Below are positions 8,083 to 19,100 of a stretch of DNA of 64,000 nucleotides, in pieces. The stretch covers positions 96,001-160,000 of the IMG/VR virus record IMGVR_UViG_642918914_000001, one strand, 5' to 3'. Below the pieces are notes generated by a model that did not search any database, was not told the DNA's origin, and saw only the letters and a program-made list of their open reading frames with translations. A program made the position numbers and the translations under genes. The DNA is from a virus (taxonomy: Duplodnaviria; Caudoviricetes). Positions within the stretch are counted from its first letter, which is position 1. Each line of letters begins with the position of its first letter.

Positions 8083-11000
8083 ATGAAGATTTCTTTGACG
8101 CAGGCTGGTGTCAACCTGCTGAATTCCAATCAAGGGCCAGTCACCGTCACCAGCTTCCAAGTGGGTGCGGGCTTCGGCTATACGCCCTCGCTTTCCGACA
8201 CAGCGCTGCACGGCGCCCTGCTGTTCACGGGACAGCCGACGGCACCAGTCGCCGTCAACGCCAACGTCGTCAAGTATTCTGCCTATCTCGATTTCAATCT
8301 GGGGCCGTTCGCCTTCGGTGAAGTCGGTCTGTTCGTCGGCAACACCCTGTTCGCACTGGCAGCAGCTGATGAGCTGATCCAAAAGCTGGCGACCGGCAGC
8401 ACGCCTGGGAACAGTGTACGCATCGACATGTATCTGTCGATGGTTGGTCAGAATTACGCGATGTGGTTGAATCTGGCCACCTCCAACAACGAGTTCCAGA
8501 TGGCAATTCTGCCGTCGGTGGACAATCTGCCGCCGTCGTCGCAAGCAGTGCCCAACGCCTATGTGGTGAGCGGCAACGCCCAGAGTTCGGCGTTCATGGC
8601 GTACACCGATCAGAACGGCTTCTGGAATTTCGACGCATACGCCTACTTCAATCAGGCGTCGGTTGTGATCACCGGGGCAACGGCCACCAGCATCACGATC
8701 GGACTGGGTTCGTATCTGCCGGGCTTCACGCCGTCCTATCCGGGATCGGTGCTGCTGGAATTCAGCAGCGGGCAGAACTACAGCATCTGCCGTCAGGTCA
8801 CTTCGACTGTGATCTCGGGGTCCAACGTCACGATCAGCTTCAGCACCCCACTCATGGTGTTGCCTGCCGCTGGCGACAGCGTCACGTTCTTCGGTCGCCA
8901 GCAACTGAGCACGACCATCCCAAATCTGCCGATCGCAACCAGCACGACTCTGGGCGCGGTGATCGTTGGCACGAGCTTGACGGTGGACGCCACGGGCCTC
9001 ATCAATGTGGCGCCAACCGCGTATCCTGTCTCGTCGGTGAACGGCAAGACGGGAGCTGTCGTGCTCACGGCGACGGACATCAGCGGGTTTGCAACCGTCG
9101 CGCGTACAGGTTTGTACAGCGATCTGATTGGCGCTCCGGGGGCCTACACGTTGCCCGTTGCCACTACGACCACGTTGGGCGGCGTCAAAGTGCCGACCAC
9201 CGGTAATCTGTCGGTTGATGGAACGGGCAACCTGAGTCTGGGCTTCAATCCGGTCAAGTCGGTGAATACCAATCTGCCTGATGCCAATGGCAACGTGACG
9301 ATCAACATCCCGACGCCTCCGCCGCAGGTAGTGTACATCGGTCTGGTGCAGCCAGCCGCAATCGCCAGTGGACAGGACTTCAACCAGATGCAGACTACTG
9401 GCCTGTTCTACGCGACGGATGCGGTAGCCAGTTCGCTGATCAACGCGCCAATCACTACGACGGGCGGTACGCTGGACATCGAACCGTTCTCGACGACGGC
9501 AAGTGGTGGCGATGTGATCCAACGATACACAACGCAAGACACTATCTACTGGCGACGCTATGTCCAGTCGTCCAACACGTGGACGTCGTGGGTTGGTACC
9601 ATCACCAGCGCAGGAGCCATTCCGGTGGCGACGTCGACTGTTCTGGGTGGAATCAAGGTAGGCGCCAACCTGACGGTGACTGGAGACGGCACGCTGTCTG
9701 CTACTCCTTACTCACTGCCAACGGCCAGCAGCACGGTTCTGGGTGGGATCAAGGTGGGCAGCGGTCTGTCGATCGATGGCAGCGGGGTGTTGAGTGCGTC
9801 GAGCAGCTTGACGGCTCCCAATATCATGTACAATGGAAGCGGCGAGTTTGGGGCCACTGGCTGGACGGTACCTGCCAACTTCGCGTTCGTACGTGATCCG
9901 TCCTACGGTCCACTGTTCCAGAACACGAGTGCGCTGACTACTGCCAGCTTCACGCTCAGCACACCGAAGGTTACGGTAGATCCCAACGTCAGTCATTACG
10001 CGTCGGTAGATTTGACGGTGGGCTTGTCCGCGGGTAACGTTACACTGAATCTCATCTCGTACGACGGCAGCAACAATCCGACCACAGTTGCTACGCAGAC
10101 GTTCACCGCGGCGTCTGTGTTCTCGCGTCAGTTTGTTGGCGGATTCTTGCCGTCAAACGCGGTGACTGCGGCGGTCACCATAGTTGGTGCGGGAGTCAGT
10201 GCCAACATCGCGGGCATCCAGGTGCGTCGCGTGAAGCTGGAAGCTGCGTCGTCGCCGAGTGCCTACTCCGTGGAAGCCGATGTGGTTCCCGCAACGACTA
10301 CGGCCTTGGGTTTGGTGAAGGTGGGCGCCAACTTGGCGGTGGCCGCAGATGGAACGCTGTCGGCCACCGCCCAGCCGTTGAGTCCGGCGACCACCACGAC
10401 GCTTGGTGGGGTACAGATTCCGGTCGCAAGCAGTCTGTCGGTGGATGGAGCGGGCAATCTGTCGTTCGTGCAGAACGCCAACATGCTGTCCAACAGCAGC
10501 GGTGGAAGCGGCACGTTGGGCTGGAACATTCCAGCGTCGTTCTCCGTAGTGAATAGCTACGGCCCGATCTTCATTAGCAACACCACGCTCAGCGGCGTGT
10601 CGACGGGTATCATCACCCCGAAAGCGCCTGCGCTGGCAAGCACGACCTACACCCTGTCAGGCGACATCTACAACGTGAGCACGGCTGGCACCATCCAGCT
10701 GGCGATCGTTGCCTACGACAGTGGCGGCACGATGATTGGGTCTGGCGCTTTTGCGTCTTCCAGCAACGCGCCGAATGGTGGGTGGAGTCGTATCAGCGTA
10801 ACAGGAACTACGCCCGCAGGCACTGCATTCTTGGCTGCAGACGTGTTCTTGAGTGGAGTGAGCGCACCTGTGAGCGGGGTTGCATTCCGTCGCCTGAAGC
10901 TGGAATTGGGGTCCACGCCTACTGCCTACTCTGTGGAAGGCGACATCCTGACGGCTACGACCACGATGACTGGTCTGGTGAAGGGTGGTGGAACCAACAT

Positions 11001-11757
11001 CACCATCGCGGCTGATGGGACGTTGAACGTGCCGACTGGCGCCGGTTATTCGTTGCCGGTTGCTACCGCTTCAGTGTTGGGTGGCGTTAAGCCTAGCACT
11101 GGACTCGCGGTAGACGGCACGGGTGTACTGACCTTGGCGCCGGGTGGCACTACAGCACAGTGGGTACTCGGCAACGGTACGGTCAGCAACACGCTGTCAG
11201 GCACTGCCACGATCAACGGTACAATCAACGTAGGTACCGACTCCGCGATCAGCATGAACGGGGCCAGCAACTCGATCTTGCAGTTGAAGACGACTAGCTA
11301 TAACCGGTTGATGTATCTTGAGAACGGAGCCGGTAACATCATCTTCGCGGTCAGTAATGGCAGCTTTGGTGCTACGTCAACGCTAATGACCATTAGCGGT
11401 ACCGGTATGGTGTCAGCCACCGATTTCACGGCAACGTCAGATCGTAACGCCAAGACCGACATACAACCTCTGGTTGGTGCACGAGCGCTTGTGCTCGGCA
11501 TGCAGGGCATGTCGTTCACGATGAAGGCCAGTGGGAAGAAGAGCGTGGGCTTCATCGCGCAGGACTTCCAGCCCCATCAGTATCTGAAGGACTTGGTGCA
11601 TACGAACGAAGACGGCACGCTGTCGCTGTCTTACGGACCCGTGAGCGCGGTACTGGTCGAAGCGTTCAAGGAGCAAGACGAAGAGCTCCAGATGCTGAAG
11701 CTCCGCATCAAGCAGCTGGAAGCGCTGGTCGACAATCTGGTTGGCGATAGTAAGTAA
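8083..11757 (+). CDS. long tail fibre with baseplate-anchoring N-terminus, two CBM-like domains and C-terminal intramolecular chaperone (peptidase S74)
   Basis: N-terminus LTQAG...FGEVGLF like P2 gpH/DUF3751; LGGIKVG repeats; duplicated N..F..G..GW...RRVKLE..PSAYSVE domains; SDRNAKTDI...GFIAQD...LSY followed by a coiled coil. Confidence 0.88.
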   Translation: MKISLTQAGVNLLNSNQGPVTVTSFQVGAGFGYTPSLSDTALHGALLFTGQPTAPVAVNANVVKYSAYLDFNLGPFAFGEVGLFVGNTLFALAAADELIQKLATGSTPGNSVRIDMYLSMVGQNYAMWLNLATSNNEFQMAILPSVDNLPPSSQAVPNAYVVSGNAQSSAFMAYTDQNGFWNFDAYAYFNQASVVITGATATSITIGLGSYLPGFTPSYPGSVLLEFSSGQNYSICRQVTSTVISGSNVTISFSTPLMVLPAAGDSVTFFGRQQLSTTIPNLPIATSTTLGAVIVGTSLTVDATGLINVAPTAYPVSSVNGKTGAVVLTATDISGFATVARTGLYSDLIGAPGAYTLPVATTTTLGGVKVPTTGNLSVDGTGNLSLGFNPVKSVNTNLPDANGNVTINIPTPPPQVVYIGLVQPAAIASGQDFNQMQTTGLFYATDAVASSLINAPITTTGGTLDIEPFSTTASGGDVIQRYTTQDTIYWRRYVQSSNTWTSWVGTITSAGAIPVATSTVLGGIKVGANLTVTGDGTLSATPYSLPTASSTVLGGIKVGSGLSIDGSGVLSASSSLTAPNIMYNGSGEFGATGWTVPANFAFVRDPSYGPLFQNTSALTTASFTLSTPKVTVDPNVSHYASVDLTVGLSAGNVTLNLISYDGSNNPTTVATQTFTAASVFSRQFVGGFLPSNAVTAAVTIVGAGVSANIAGIQVRRVKLEAASSPSAYSVEADVVPATTTALGLVKVGANLAVAADGTLSATAQPLSPATTTTLGGVQIPVASSLSVDGAGNLSFVQNANMLSNSSGGSGTLGWNIPASFSVVNSYGPIFISNTTLSGVSTGIITPKAPALASTTYTLSGDIYNVSTAGTIQLAIVAYDSGGTMIGSGAFASSSNAPNGGWSRISVTGTTPAGTAFLAADVFLSGVSAPVSGVAFRRLKLELGSTPTAYSVEGDILTATTTMTGLVKGGGTNITIAADGTLNVPTGAGYSLPVATASVLGGVKPSTGLAVDGTGVLTLAPGGTTAQWVLGNGTVSNTLSGTATINGTINVGTDSAISMNGASNSILQLKTTSYNRLMYLENGAGNIIFAVSNGSFGATSTLMTISGTGMVSATDFTATSDRNAKTDIQPLVGARALVLGMQGMSFTMKASGKKSVGFIAQDFQPHQYLKDLVHTNEDGTLSLSYGPVSAVLVEAFKEQDEELQMLKLRIKQLEALVDNLVGDSK

Positions 11758-11781
11758 GGGATGGGGCTTCGGCCCCTTCCT
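11757..11781 (+). promoter_or_regulatory. C(UUCG)G tetraloop hairpin after the fibre gene (terminator/stability element)
   Basis: GGGGC-TTCG-GCCCC with flanking AGGGA/TCCT; no clear U-tract. Confidence 0.5.
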
Positions 11782-11797
11782 ATCAATTGGAGGACTG

Positions 11798-12331
11798 ATG
11801 GCAACCCCTGCTCTACCACTCAAGCTGTCTCAAGTCTGGTCTGAGATAAATCTCAAAACTGGAACAGGGAATAATCTGAACAATCCTCTGTGCATAGCCC
11901 TTCGTAATCAAGGGAACTGGCCTAACCCGCCTTCAACTGCGCTTCCCATTCTGCTGTCGCAGCTCGCAAGTAAGACTGCGTTGGTGACCCTACAAGCCAC
12001 GACGACGAGTGACGGTAACAGTGTGTTCGGCACTATTTGGCAAGGTGCAGGAAGTCAGTTCACTGCGGGCACCACATTCGGTTCCATCTCCGGCGCCTCC
12101 AGCTCTGTGCTTACGCTGAACAACTCCTTGCACGTGTACACTGGTTCGCTGTCGGTTATGGTGTTCACAAGCAACTGGAGTACGCTGGTAATGAACAAGT
12201 CCTACGCGTACAACGGAGCTTCGGGCAACAACGACACGTGGTGGACGTCCGGTGTAGCTCTTGGGCTTTCTGGCAGTACGACCCTACAACTTCGTCATAG
12301 GTCACTAGACATTAACGGATCTAACCCATGA
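11798..12331 (+). CDS. gp38-like fibre-tip adhesin paralogue 1
   Basis: GGAGGA RBS, MATPALPLKLSQVWSEIN...LPILLSQLASKT motif. The true end is possibly YNFVIGH* at 12308 after removing one C at 12282-12284. Confidence 0.6.
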   Translation: MATPALPLKLSQVWSEINLKTGTGNNLNNPLCIALRNQGNWPNPPSTALPILLSQLASKTALVTLQATTTSDGNSVFGTIWQGAGSQFTAGTTFGSISGASSSVLTLNNSLHVYTGSLSVMVFTSNWSTLVMNKSYAYNGASGNNDTWWTSGVALGLSGSTTLQLRHRSLDINGSNP

Positions 12332-12905
12332 CTCTACCTTCGGGCAGCTTCAGCTTATCTCAAGTGTGGAGCGAGATCAATGTGCAGTTCTACTCGCCGC
12401 CAGGAGGATTCCTCGGTTCACAATCTGACAAATACTCCAGTCCGCTATTTGGCGAGCAGTGGCTGGGGCTCGGCTAACGTTCCGATCAAATCGTTGCCAA
12501 TAAGTACGGCCGATTTGCGAGGTAAGACGGCGTACATGTGGGTACAGGCGACTGTCATATACGACTCGTCAAGTGCCGTACTGACGTTCGGCAGAAGCAA
12601 CGTCATCTGGGGCTACTTCCGGTTCTCAATTCGTAGACTCCGGAGTCTACGTCTACGGCCTGTACAATCAATTCAGCACCTTCAACTATTCTAGTCTCAT
12701 CCTGAACAATTCGTATAACTATAAGAGCAGCATTCGGGTGTTCATGTACGATAGCAATTGGGCCACGCTATACAACGGCATGACCTTCAACTACAGCGCA
12801 AGCCAAAGCAGCGGCGGAATCGCTGAATTCAACGGACCAACTGGTGTCAACTTCTTCACGTCGGGCGACCAAAATCAGGTGCGCAACTTCGTGATCTTAA
12901 TCTAG
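12328..12905 (+). pseudogene. gp38-like fibre-tip adhesin paralogue 2, broken by two +1 frameshifts (or sequencing errors)
   Basis: MTLPSGSFSLSQVWSEIN | ...LPISTADLRGKTA...IWGY | SGSQF...LNNS...SNWATL...RNFVILI*; colinear with paralogue 1 across three frames. Confidence 0.7.
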
Positions 12906-12915
12906 GGGATTCTAT

Positions 12916-13287
12916 ATGTCTCGATTCAAGCTTCTCTGTCTTTGGGCGATCATCACCGTGATGAGTCCCGTTCTGCTGTTCGCCATGCTGGTGCAGGCCA
13001 GTCTAGGCAGCGACCGTCGGGCGAAGGCCATGGCCATTGCCTACGACGAATGCGGAAACGCGCTGTTCGGTGGTCCGCCGCAGCAGACCATCAGTGCGCG
13101 GACCGGCAACGCGCTGATCCTTGGAGATGAGTGGGGAAAGTGGGTGGCGCCCATCATTGATGCGTTCTTCGGGCGCGGCCATTGTCTGTCGAATGTGGAT
13201 GTGCCACCCACCTCGCTGGACGAGGATCAACGGGTGGCGATCCGACAGGCATACAAAGACCAAGAGTTGGACAACTGTCCGTACTAG
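12916..13287 (+). CDS. conserved phage hypothetical membrane protein
   Basis: N-terminal hydrophobic helix; IAYDECGNALFGG...TISAR...D.FFG..HC pattern common next to fibre genes. Confidence 0.7.
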   Translation: MSRFKLLCLWAIITVMSPVLLFAMLVQASLGSDRRAKAMAIAYDECGNALFGGPPQQTISARTGNALILGDEWGKWVAPIIDAFFGRGHCLSNVDVPPTSLDEDQRVAIRQAYKDQELDNCPY

Positions 13288-14190
13288 CCGAACAGTCCCT
13301 TGGTCTTCGGGTAGAGGAACAGGTGGTAGTCGTGATAGTTCCGCGTCAACCACTTGTTCTTCGACTTCGTACGACGTAACTTCCACTGGTCGGGGGATGC
13401 AGGAGGCAAGGCTTCCGTAACCAACGTGACGAGCTTTCTATTGAGGCGGAGATGTTCCTGATGCACTGTCAGGTATGTCTTCGCCTCTTTGTCTTTTGGC
13501 CATCCACTTTGTGACTGACCCGTACTCATTCAGCAGCTTCTTGACCCGAGCTGGCTTCATGTTGGGAAGCGGCATGATGTTGTCGCCCGGGTCCCCAAGA
13601 AGCGTCTGGTACGCAATCATCTGACGCGGCAACACGCCAAACTTCTTGACGCAATCTTCCTCCGTGATGAAGCGAGGTTTGGACTTGCCGTCCTTGCCCT
13701 TTGCGCTGCTGTCGTACAAGCGAACGGATGGCCGCAGATACTGATAGGCGTCCTTGTCTTTCGTCCCACAGATCACTGTGTGTTCGTTGCCGAACGCATG
13801 AGCCACCGAACACAACACGTCGTCCGCTTCGTACTTCGGGGGCTGATAGTAGGCGAGTCCCACTTCGTCGAACAGCTGATAGATGCCGGGTAGCGCGCCG
13901 TACACTTGGTCCCGCAGGTCTCCGCGCACTGGACCGTTCTCCGCGTCATGCTGGCCGTCATTCAGACGACCTTCTCGACGGTTCGCCTTGTACTCTGGAT
14001 ACAGCTTGTTGCGGAACAGGCGTGCGCCGTCGAACGCAACGAGCGTGGCATGCGCCTTCAACTGTAGCGCATCCTTCATCACCATTGCCAGAACGTCGTA
14101 TGGCAAACCCTCTGCCATCGGCAGTATGCTCTTGTAGACGTGTGCCGCTCGCCACAAGTACCAGTTCCCGTCCACTACGAAGATCCGCAT
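13284..14190 (-). CDS. 5'-3' exonuclease / flap endonuclease (Pol I N-terminal, T4 RNase H-like), one frameshift at ~13495
   Basis: VVDGN, VAFDG, FR..LYPEYKANR, YEADD, KDKD..Q, LLGDPGDNI; the C-terminal LNRKLVTL motif is in the adjacent frame (extra A in GCCAAAAGAC). Confidence 0.88.
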
Positions 14191-14483
14191 TAGTGCACCC
14201 GTGTCGAATGTGTGCCGGTGGTCTTCACATCGACCACCAGAATCAGCTCGTCGTCCCACTCATCTGCGGGCAACAGTGCTGCGTTCATGATGCGTGCTTC
14301 ATACTGCGGTCCAAACTTCGTCTTCAGACTGCGGTCCACGCGCTCGATCCACTGATCTGCGTCGGTTGTCAGATCAACGGCTGTGCTGTTCTTGATGCGA
14401 CGCTCCAGCCATCCGATGACTTGCGGGCGATCGCCGATCAAGGCCACGTTGTCCGTCACTGTGTAGCTCACAAATGTTCGCAT
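14190..14483 (-). CDS. hypothetical protein
   Basis: AAGGAG RBS; TAATG overlap with the exonuclease start. Confidence 0.75.
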   Translation of the reverse strand: MRTFVSYTVTDNVALIGDRPQVIGWLERRIKNSTAVDLTTDADQWIERVDRSLKTKFGPQYEARIMNAALLPADEWDDELILVVDVKTTGTHSTRVH

Positions 14484-14533
14484 TTGAGTTCTCCTTCTAC
14501 TCCATATTTACTACGGGCGCGCATGGCTAACCT

Positions 14534-14543
14534 CAAATTTGAT
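14534..14543 (+). promoter_or_regulatory. AATTTGAT motif upstream of lysis/fibre operon
   Basis: Part of the palindrome TCAAATTTGA in a divergent gap. Confidence 0.55.
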
Positions 14544-14612
14544 TTCATGTGGTGGGAGTTCATTTGGCCGATGCAGCAAGGTCGGCGGTAGCATTACTGA
14601 TAAGGATAGAGT

Positions 14613-14993
14613 ATGACGTCTGGAGATCATGATCCATTCCAGGAGCCACTATCCACGTACCTTTGGGTCGTTGGATTGGCATTGCTCGGTGGTCTAGTGA
14701 AATATCTGAACCATGTCGAGCGATTCCGATGGCTAATCCTGGTCCGGGACCTTGTGACCGCCGGGTTCTGCGGGTTGCTTACGTTTTGGATGTGTCAGTG
14801 GTTGAACGTGAGTGGTCCGTTGAGCGCTGTGCTCATTGCTACCTCCGGTCTGATGGGGACACGTTTGCTAAAAGAGCTGGAAACCTTCTACAAGATTCGC
14901 ATGGGTATGATTGCGAATCCGGTACCAGAAGGACCTTCAGTCCAGCCACCCCACAGCCTCGCGTCGGCCCCCACAGAAGGAGATCCGAAGTGA
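14613..14993 (+). CDS. holin (LydA-like)
   Basis: Three hydrophobic segments, LGGLVKYL...LVTAGFCGLLTF...SGLMG pattern; upstream of endolysin. Confidence 0.8.
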   Translation: MTSGDHDPFQEPLSTYLWVVGLALLGGLVKYLNHVERFRWLILVRDLVTAGFCGLLTFWMCQWLNVSGPLSAVLIATSGLMGTRLLKELETFYKIRMGMIANPVPEGPSVQPPHSLASAPTEGDPK

Positions 14994-15478
14994 AGACCCA
15001 GCAACTGTCACAGGTCCGTTCGCGCAACCGTACTCGCATTTCTCACTTGCACTTTGCGGACCGTGTGTTTTCATTTCTGTCGTTGGCCCTTGTGCCGCTC
15101 ATGGGAGCAGTTGCCCTGAGTTGGGTGTTTACGAACCCGCCGACAGCCACCGTCAATCTTCAGAAACCGTTCGTCGAGTATGTGGGGCCAGACAATTCGT
15201 TCTCGGCCCCGGATGTGGAGATCGCCTTGCCTATGGGTAAGGCATTCTTCTATTACTATCTAGCGGACAGCGATGGAAATCCGGCGTATGTGTGGCCTAG
15301 TCATCGAATGGAAGGCCAGACGCTCCAGCTACACCCCAAGCTGGACATGCCACGTATGCGCCCGGGGACTTACGTGCTACAAGCCAAAATCGTGTATCCG
15401 CTGAATCCGTTCAAGAACGGCGAGCTGAACGTAAGTCTAGCAACTATCGATGCGGCTCCATCGGTCCAAGGACTTTGA
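14990..15478 (+). CDS. single-pass membrane protein in lysis cassette
   Basis: GTG start after AAGGAG, basic N-terminus, one TM helix, soluble beta-rich C-terminal domain. Confidence 0.65.
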   Translation: MKTQQLSQVRSRNRTRISHLHFADRVFSFLSLALVPLMGAVALSWVFTNPPTATVNLQKPFVEYVGPDNSFSAPDVEIALPMGKAFFYYYLADSDGNPAYVWPSHRMEGQTLQLHPKLDMPRMRPGTYVLQAKIVYPLNPFKNGELNVSLATIDAAPSVQGL

Positions 15479-15479
15479 C

Positions 15480-16127
15480 ATGGCTCAAGTAACCGACAGT
15501 CAGCTTCTACAGCTGAACGGTCGTCTGAAGAACGCAGCGGACCTCGCGGCCTCAATCAACGAGGCCGCTGCGCGCTTCTCGATCGACCAATCACTTCGTC
15601 GGCTGCGCTACTTCGTGGCGCAGTCGTTCTTCGAAACGATGAGCTACACCACGTGGGTCGAGAATCTCACGTACACCACGCCTCAACGGCTGGTCGCAGT
15701 GTGGCCCAGCCGCTTCACCATGAATCAAGCAGACACGACTCGTGCCTATGCTCCAAGCTACATCAACAATCCCCAGAAGCTGGCGGGATTGGTGTATGGC
15801 GGGCGTATGGGTAACGGTGTGTGGCCCGCGTCCAACGACGCCTACACGTATCGTGGACGCGGCGCGTTCCACTTGACAGGACAAGCCAACTACAATCAGT
15901 ACAGCATCTTCATGTACGGCGATCTCCGCATCGTCGACAATCCAGACCTTGTAGCCGAGCCAACTGACGCGTTCATGAGCGCGGGATGGTTCTGGCAGAC
16001 ACGAGGTCTGAATCAGCTCGCAGATCAGGATGCGTACACCAAGGCCACTGTCGTCATCAACGGAAGTGCGTCGACCGTGCCGCAACGTCTGCAGGTGCTC
16101 AACCAAGTGAACCAGATCATCACGTAG
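15480..16127 (+). CDS. endolysin, glycoside hydrolase family 19
   Basis: F.AQ..FET...ENL.Y, ..YGGRMGN, YRGRGAFHLTG..NY, SAGWFW...LN..AD, INGS. Confidence 0.9.
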   Translation: MAQVTDSQLLQLNGRLKNAADLAASINEAAARFSIDQSLRRLRYFVAQSFFETMSYTTWVENLTYTTPQRLVAVWPSRFTMNQADTTRAYAPSYINNPQKLAGLVYGGRMGNGVWPASNDAYTYRGRGAFHLTGQANYNQYSIFMYGDLRIVDNPDLVAEPTDAFMSAGWFWQTRGLNQLADQDAYTKATVVINGSASTVPQRLQVLNQVNQIIT

Positions 16128-16142
16128 CAAGCAGGAATAGAT

Positions 16143-19100
16143 ATGTCGATCCTATCGTATCCGATCACCGTCGTCACAGGTTCGCTTCAAACGTACAACA
16201 TCCGAGCTCGTTGGGTCAGCCAGCTACCGCTGGAGGCACTAGGCTCGGTTGACGCCTGCGTGTTGCAGGAAGCGGTGGGACCGGCTGCTCCTGGCCTCTA
16301 TTGGTGGACGGGACGTGTGTGGATGCTGGCCGTCCCGTACGACAGTGTGACTGACGCCATCATTCATGACGGCGAAATGACGATCGGCTACAATCTGTCC
16401 CAGCCTCTGGTGCTGGGCAGTGCAGCCGACACTGTCAACATGTGGCGCAACGGCCAGCCGCTGCCCGGCAACACGATCGCACCGGACGACAGCGTTTGGG
16501 CAGGCATCGTTTCGCCCAATCCCAGCGTGGTTGGCGTCACCAGCGTCAACCACAAGACGGCTGATGCCAACGGGGATGTGGAAGTCGGCATCTCCGACAT
16601 TCCAGGGCTGACCACCGAACTGGCTGCACGCATCAAGACGGTGAACAGCGTTGGACCTGATTCGAACGGCGACGTGGCCGTGACCTTGGCCGGACTGCCG
16701 GATACGAATTTCGTTCCCAGCCCGGCTATTGACGGATTCACGCTTGTCTATCAGACGGCGAGCGGCAAATGGGTACCGTCACGCTACGTGCCGAGCGCCG
16801 TTCGCACGGTGAACAGCACGACACCCGACGTCAATGGAAACGTGATCGTGAAGGCGTCCGCCGCCGAGACGGTTACGCCCACCAACGTGAGTCTGGTGGC
16901 GAACGACGGATCGACGACCGGCAACATCCTGCTAAAGACGGTCCAGGGGACTGGCGCGCTGACTGTGGCCGACAACGGTACGCATGTGACGCTGGACGTT
17001 CCGCAGACTGTGACCGCAGTTCAGGCGGCGACTGCCACTGGCGGCACGACGCTCATCGCGAACGACGGCAGCACGACGCACATCGCGCAGATCAAGCAGT
17101 TGGTGGCAGGCGTCAACGTTCAGCTGTCTTCCGACGGCCAGACGGTGACCATCAACGCCACGAACAGCTCCGGAGGTGGCGGCACGCTGACCGCAGTTCA
17201 GTCCACGGGCACTGGCATCTCGCTGGTGAACTACGATGGGACGAGCGGTTCTACCATCGCACTCATCAAGTCGGTTGTTGCGGGCTCAGGTATCACCATA
17301 GTCCAGGATGCTCAGCTGCAGACGCTGACCATCGCTGCGATCGCGCAAGTGCCTCCGGTCACCTCGGTTAACACGAAGACCGGTGACGTGGTGCTGACCG
17401 CGGCCGACATCACGGGCTTCGCAACCGTCGCCTACACAGGCAACTACAACGATCTGCAAAACAAGCCTGCGGCCTACGTGTTGCCTCCTGCCACGGCCAC
17501 TGTCCTGGGCGGGATCAAGGTTGGTTCCAACTTGGCGGTGGCTGCTGATGGTACGTTGTCGGCAACCGCGCAACCGTTGGCTCCGGCCACGACCACTACT
17601 CTCGGTGGTGTGATCGTCGGTGCAGGGCTCAACGTGGCGGCAGACGGCACGCTGTCGGTCAGCGGATCTGGTGTGGTCAACAGCGTGAACAGCGCAAGTG
17701 GTGCGTTGACCATCGCACAGGGTTCCGGTATCAGCGTGAGCACCGTTGGCCAGACCATCACTATCAGTGCGACCGGCGCGGGAAGCGTTACGAGTGTTGG
17801 TCTGTCGCTGCCTGCTGCTCTGTTCACAGTCAGTGGCAGTCCGGTGACTAGCACAGGAACGCTGACTGGAACGCTGAACAACCAGAATCCGAACTGGGTT
17901 TGGGCGGGTCCTGGATCTGGCGTGGCGGCTGCCCCTACGTTCCGTGCATTGGTGGCTGCTGATCTGCCGGTTGCTACGTCCACTGTGCCGGGCACCATGT
18001 ATCCTGGACCAGGACTGGCAGTTGACGGGACCGGTAAGCTGACGATCGTCCAATCGGGTGTCGTCACGTCGTTCAACACGCGGACTGGCGACATCACTCT
18101 GCAGTTGTCTGATATCACGAACGCAGGAGGTGCGGTTCTCGCCAGTCCAGCGTTCACTGGAACGCCGACCGCTCCTACACCGCTGTCCAGCGACAACAGC
18201 ACGCGATTGGCAACCACTGCATTCGTGCAGGCATCGTTCGCTCCGCTGGCAAGTCCAGCGCTGGTGGGCACGCCGACCGCACCGACTGCGGCCACTGGAA
18301 CTGCGACTACTCAATTGGCGACCACCGCATTCGTCAATCGAGACTTCGCGCCGATCGCAAGCCCAACGTTCACAGGCACGCCCAAGGCGCCGACGCAGAC
18401 TGCAGGTGACAACACGACGGCTCTGGCTACGACGGCCTTCGTTCAAGCTGCGATCAGTGGGGCGGTGGCAGGCGTAACGAGCTTCAACAGCCGCACGGGT
18501 GCAGTCACGCTGCAAGCAGGTGATGTGACGGGTGTGGGTGGCGCACTGCTCGCAAGTCCTGCGTTCACGGGAACACCGACAGCGCCCACGGCAACTGCTG
18601 GCACCAACACCACGCAACTCGCAACTACGGCATTCGTGCAGGCTGCGATCGCCAGTGTTCCCGCAGGAGTGTCGTCGTTCAACACGCGTCAAGGTGCAGT
18701 CGTTCTGCAGCCTGCGGACGTGACAGGAGTTGGGGGTGCGCTGCTGGCGAGCCCTGCGTTCACCGGAACGCCGACAGCGCCCACGGCGACTGCTGGAACC
18801 AACACAACGCAGATCGCTACGACGGCGTTTGTCCAAGCGGCGATCACCAGTGGCGTTCCGATCGCCACTACGACCACGTTGGGCGGCGTCATCGTTAAGG
18901 CAGGTTTGACCGTTGACGCATCGGGCAATCTGTCTGCAAACGTGACGACGGTTGCTGGTCGCACTGGAGACGTGGTGTTGGCGGTGGGCGATGTTAGCGG
19001 TGCAGCCTCGCTGTCGTCGCCTGCATTCACCGGAACTCCGACCGCACCTACGGCAGCTTCGGGCACCAACAACACGCAGATCGCAACGACGACGTTTGCC

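Noticed and set aside
11741-11797. Upstream TTG extension (MAIVSKGWG...) of the 11798 gene
   Set aside because: It overlaps the fibre stop and the UUCG hairpin. ATG 11798 has a strong GGAGGA RBS and matches the paralogue's start.
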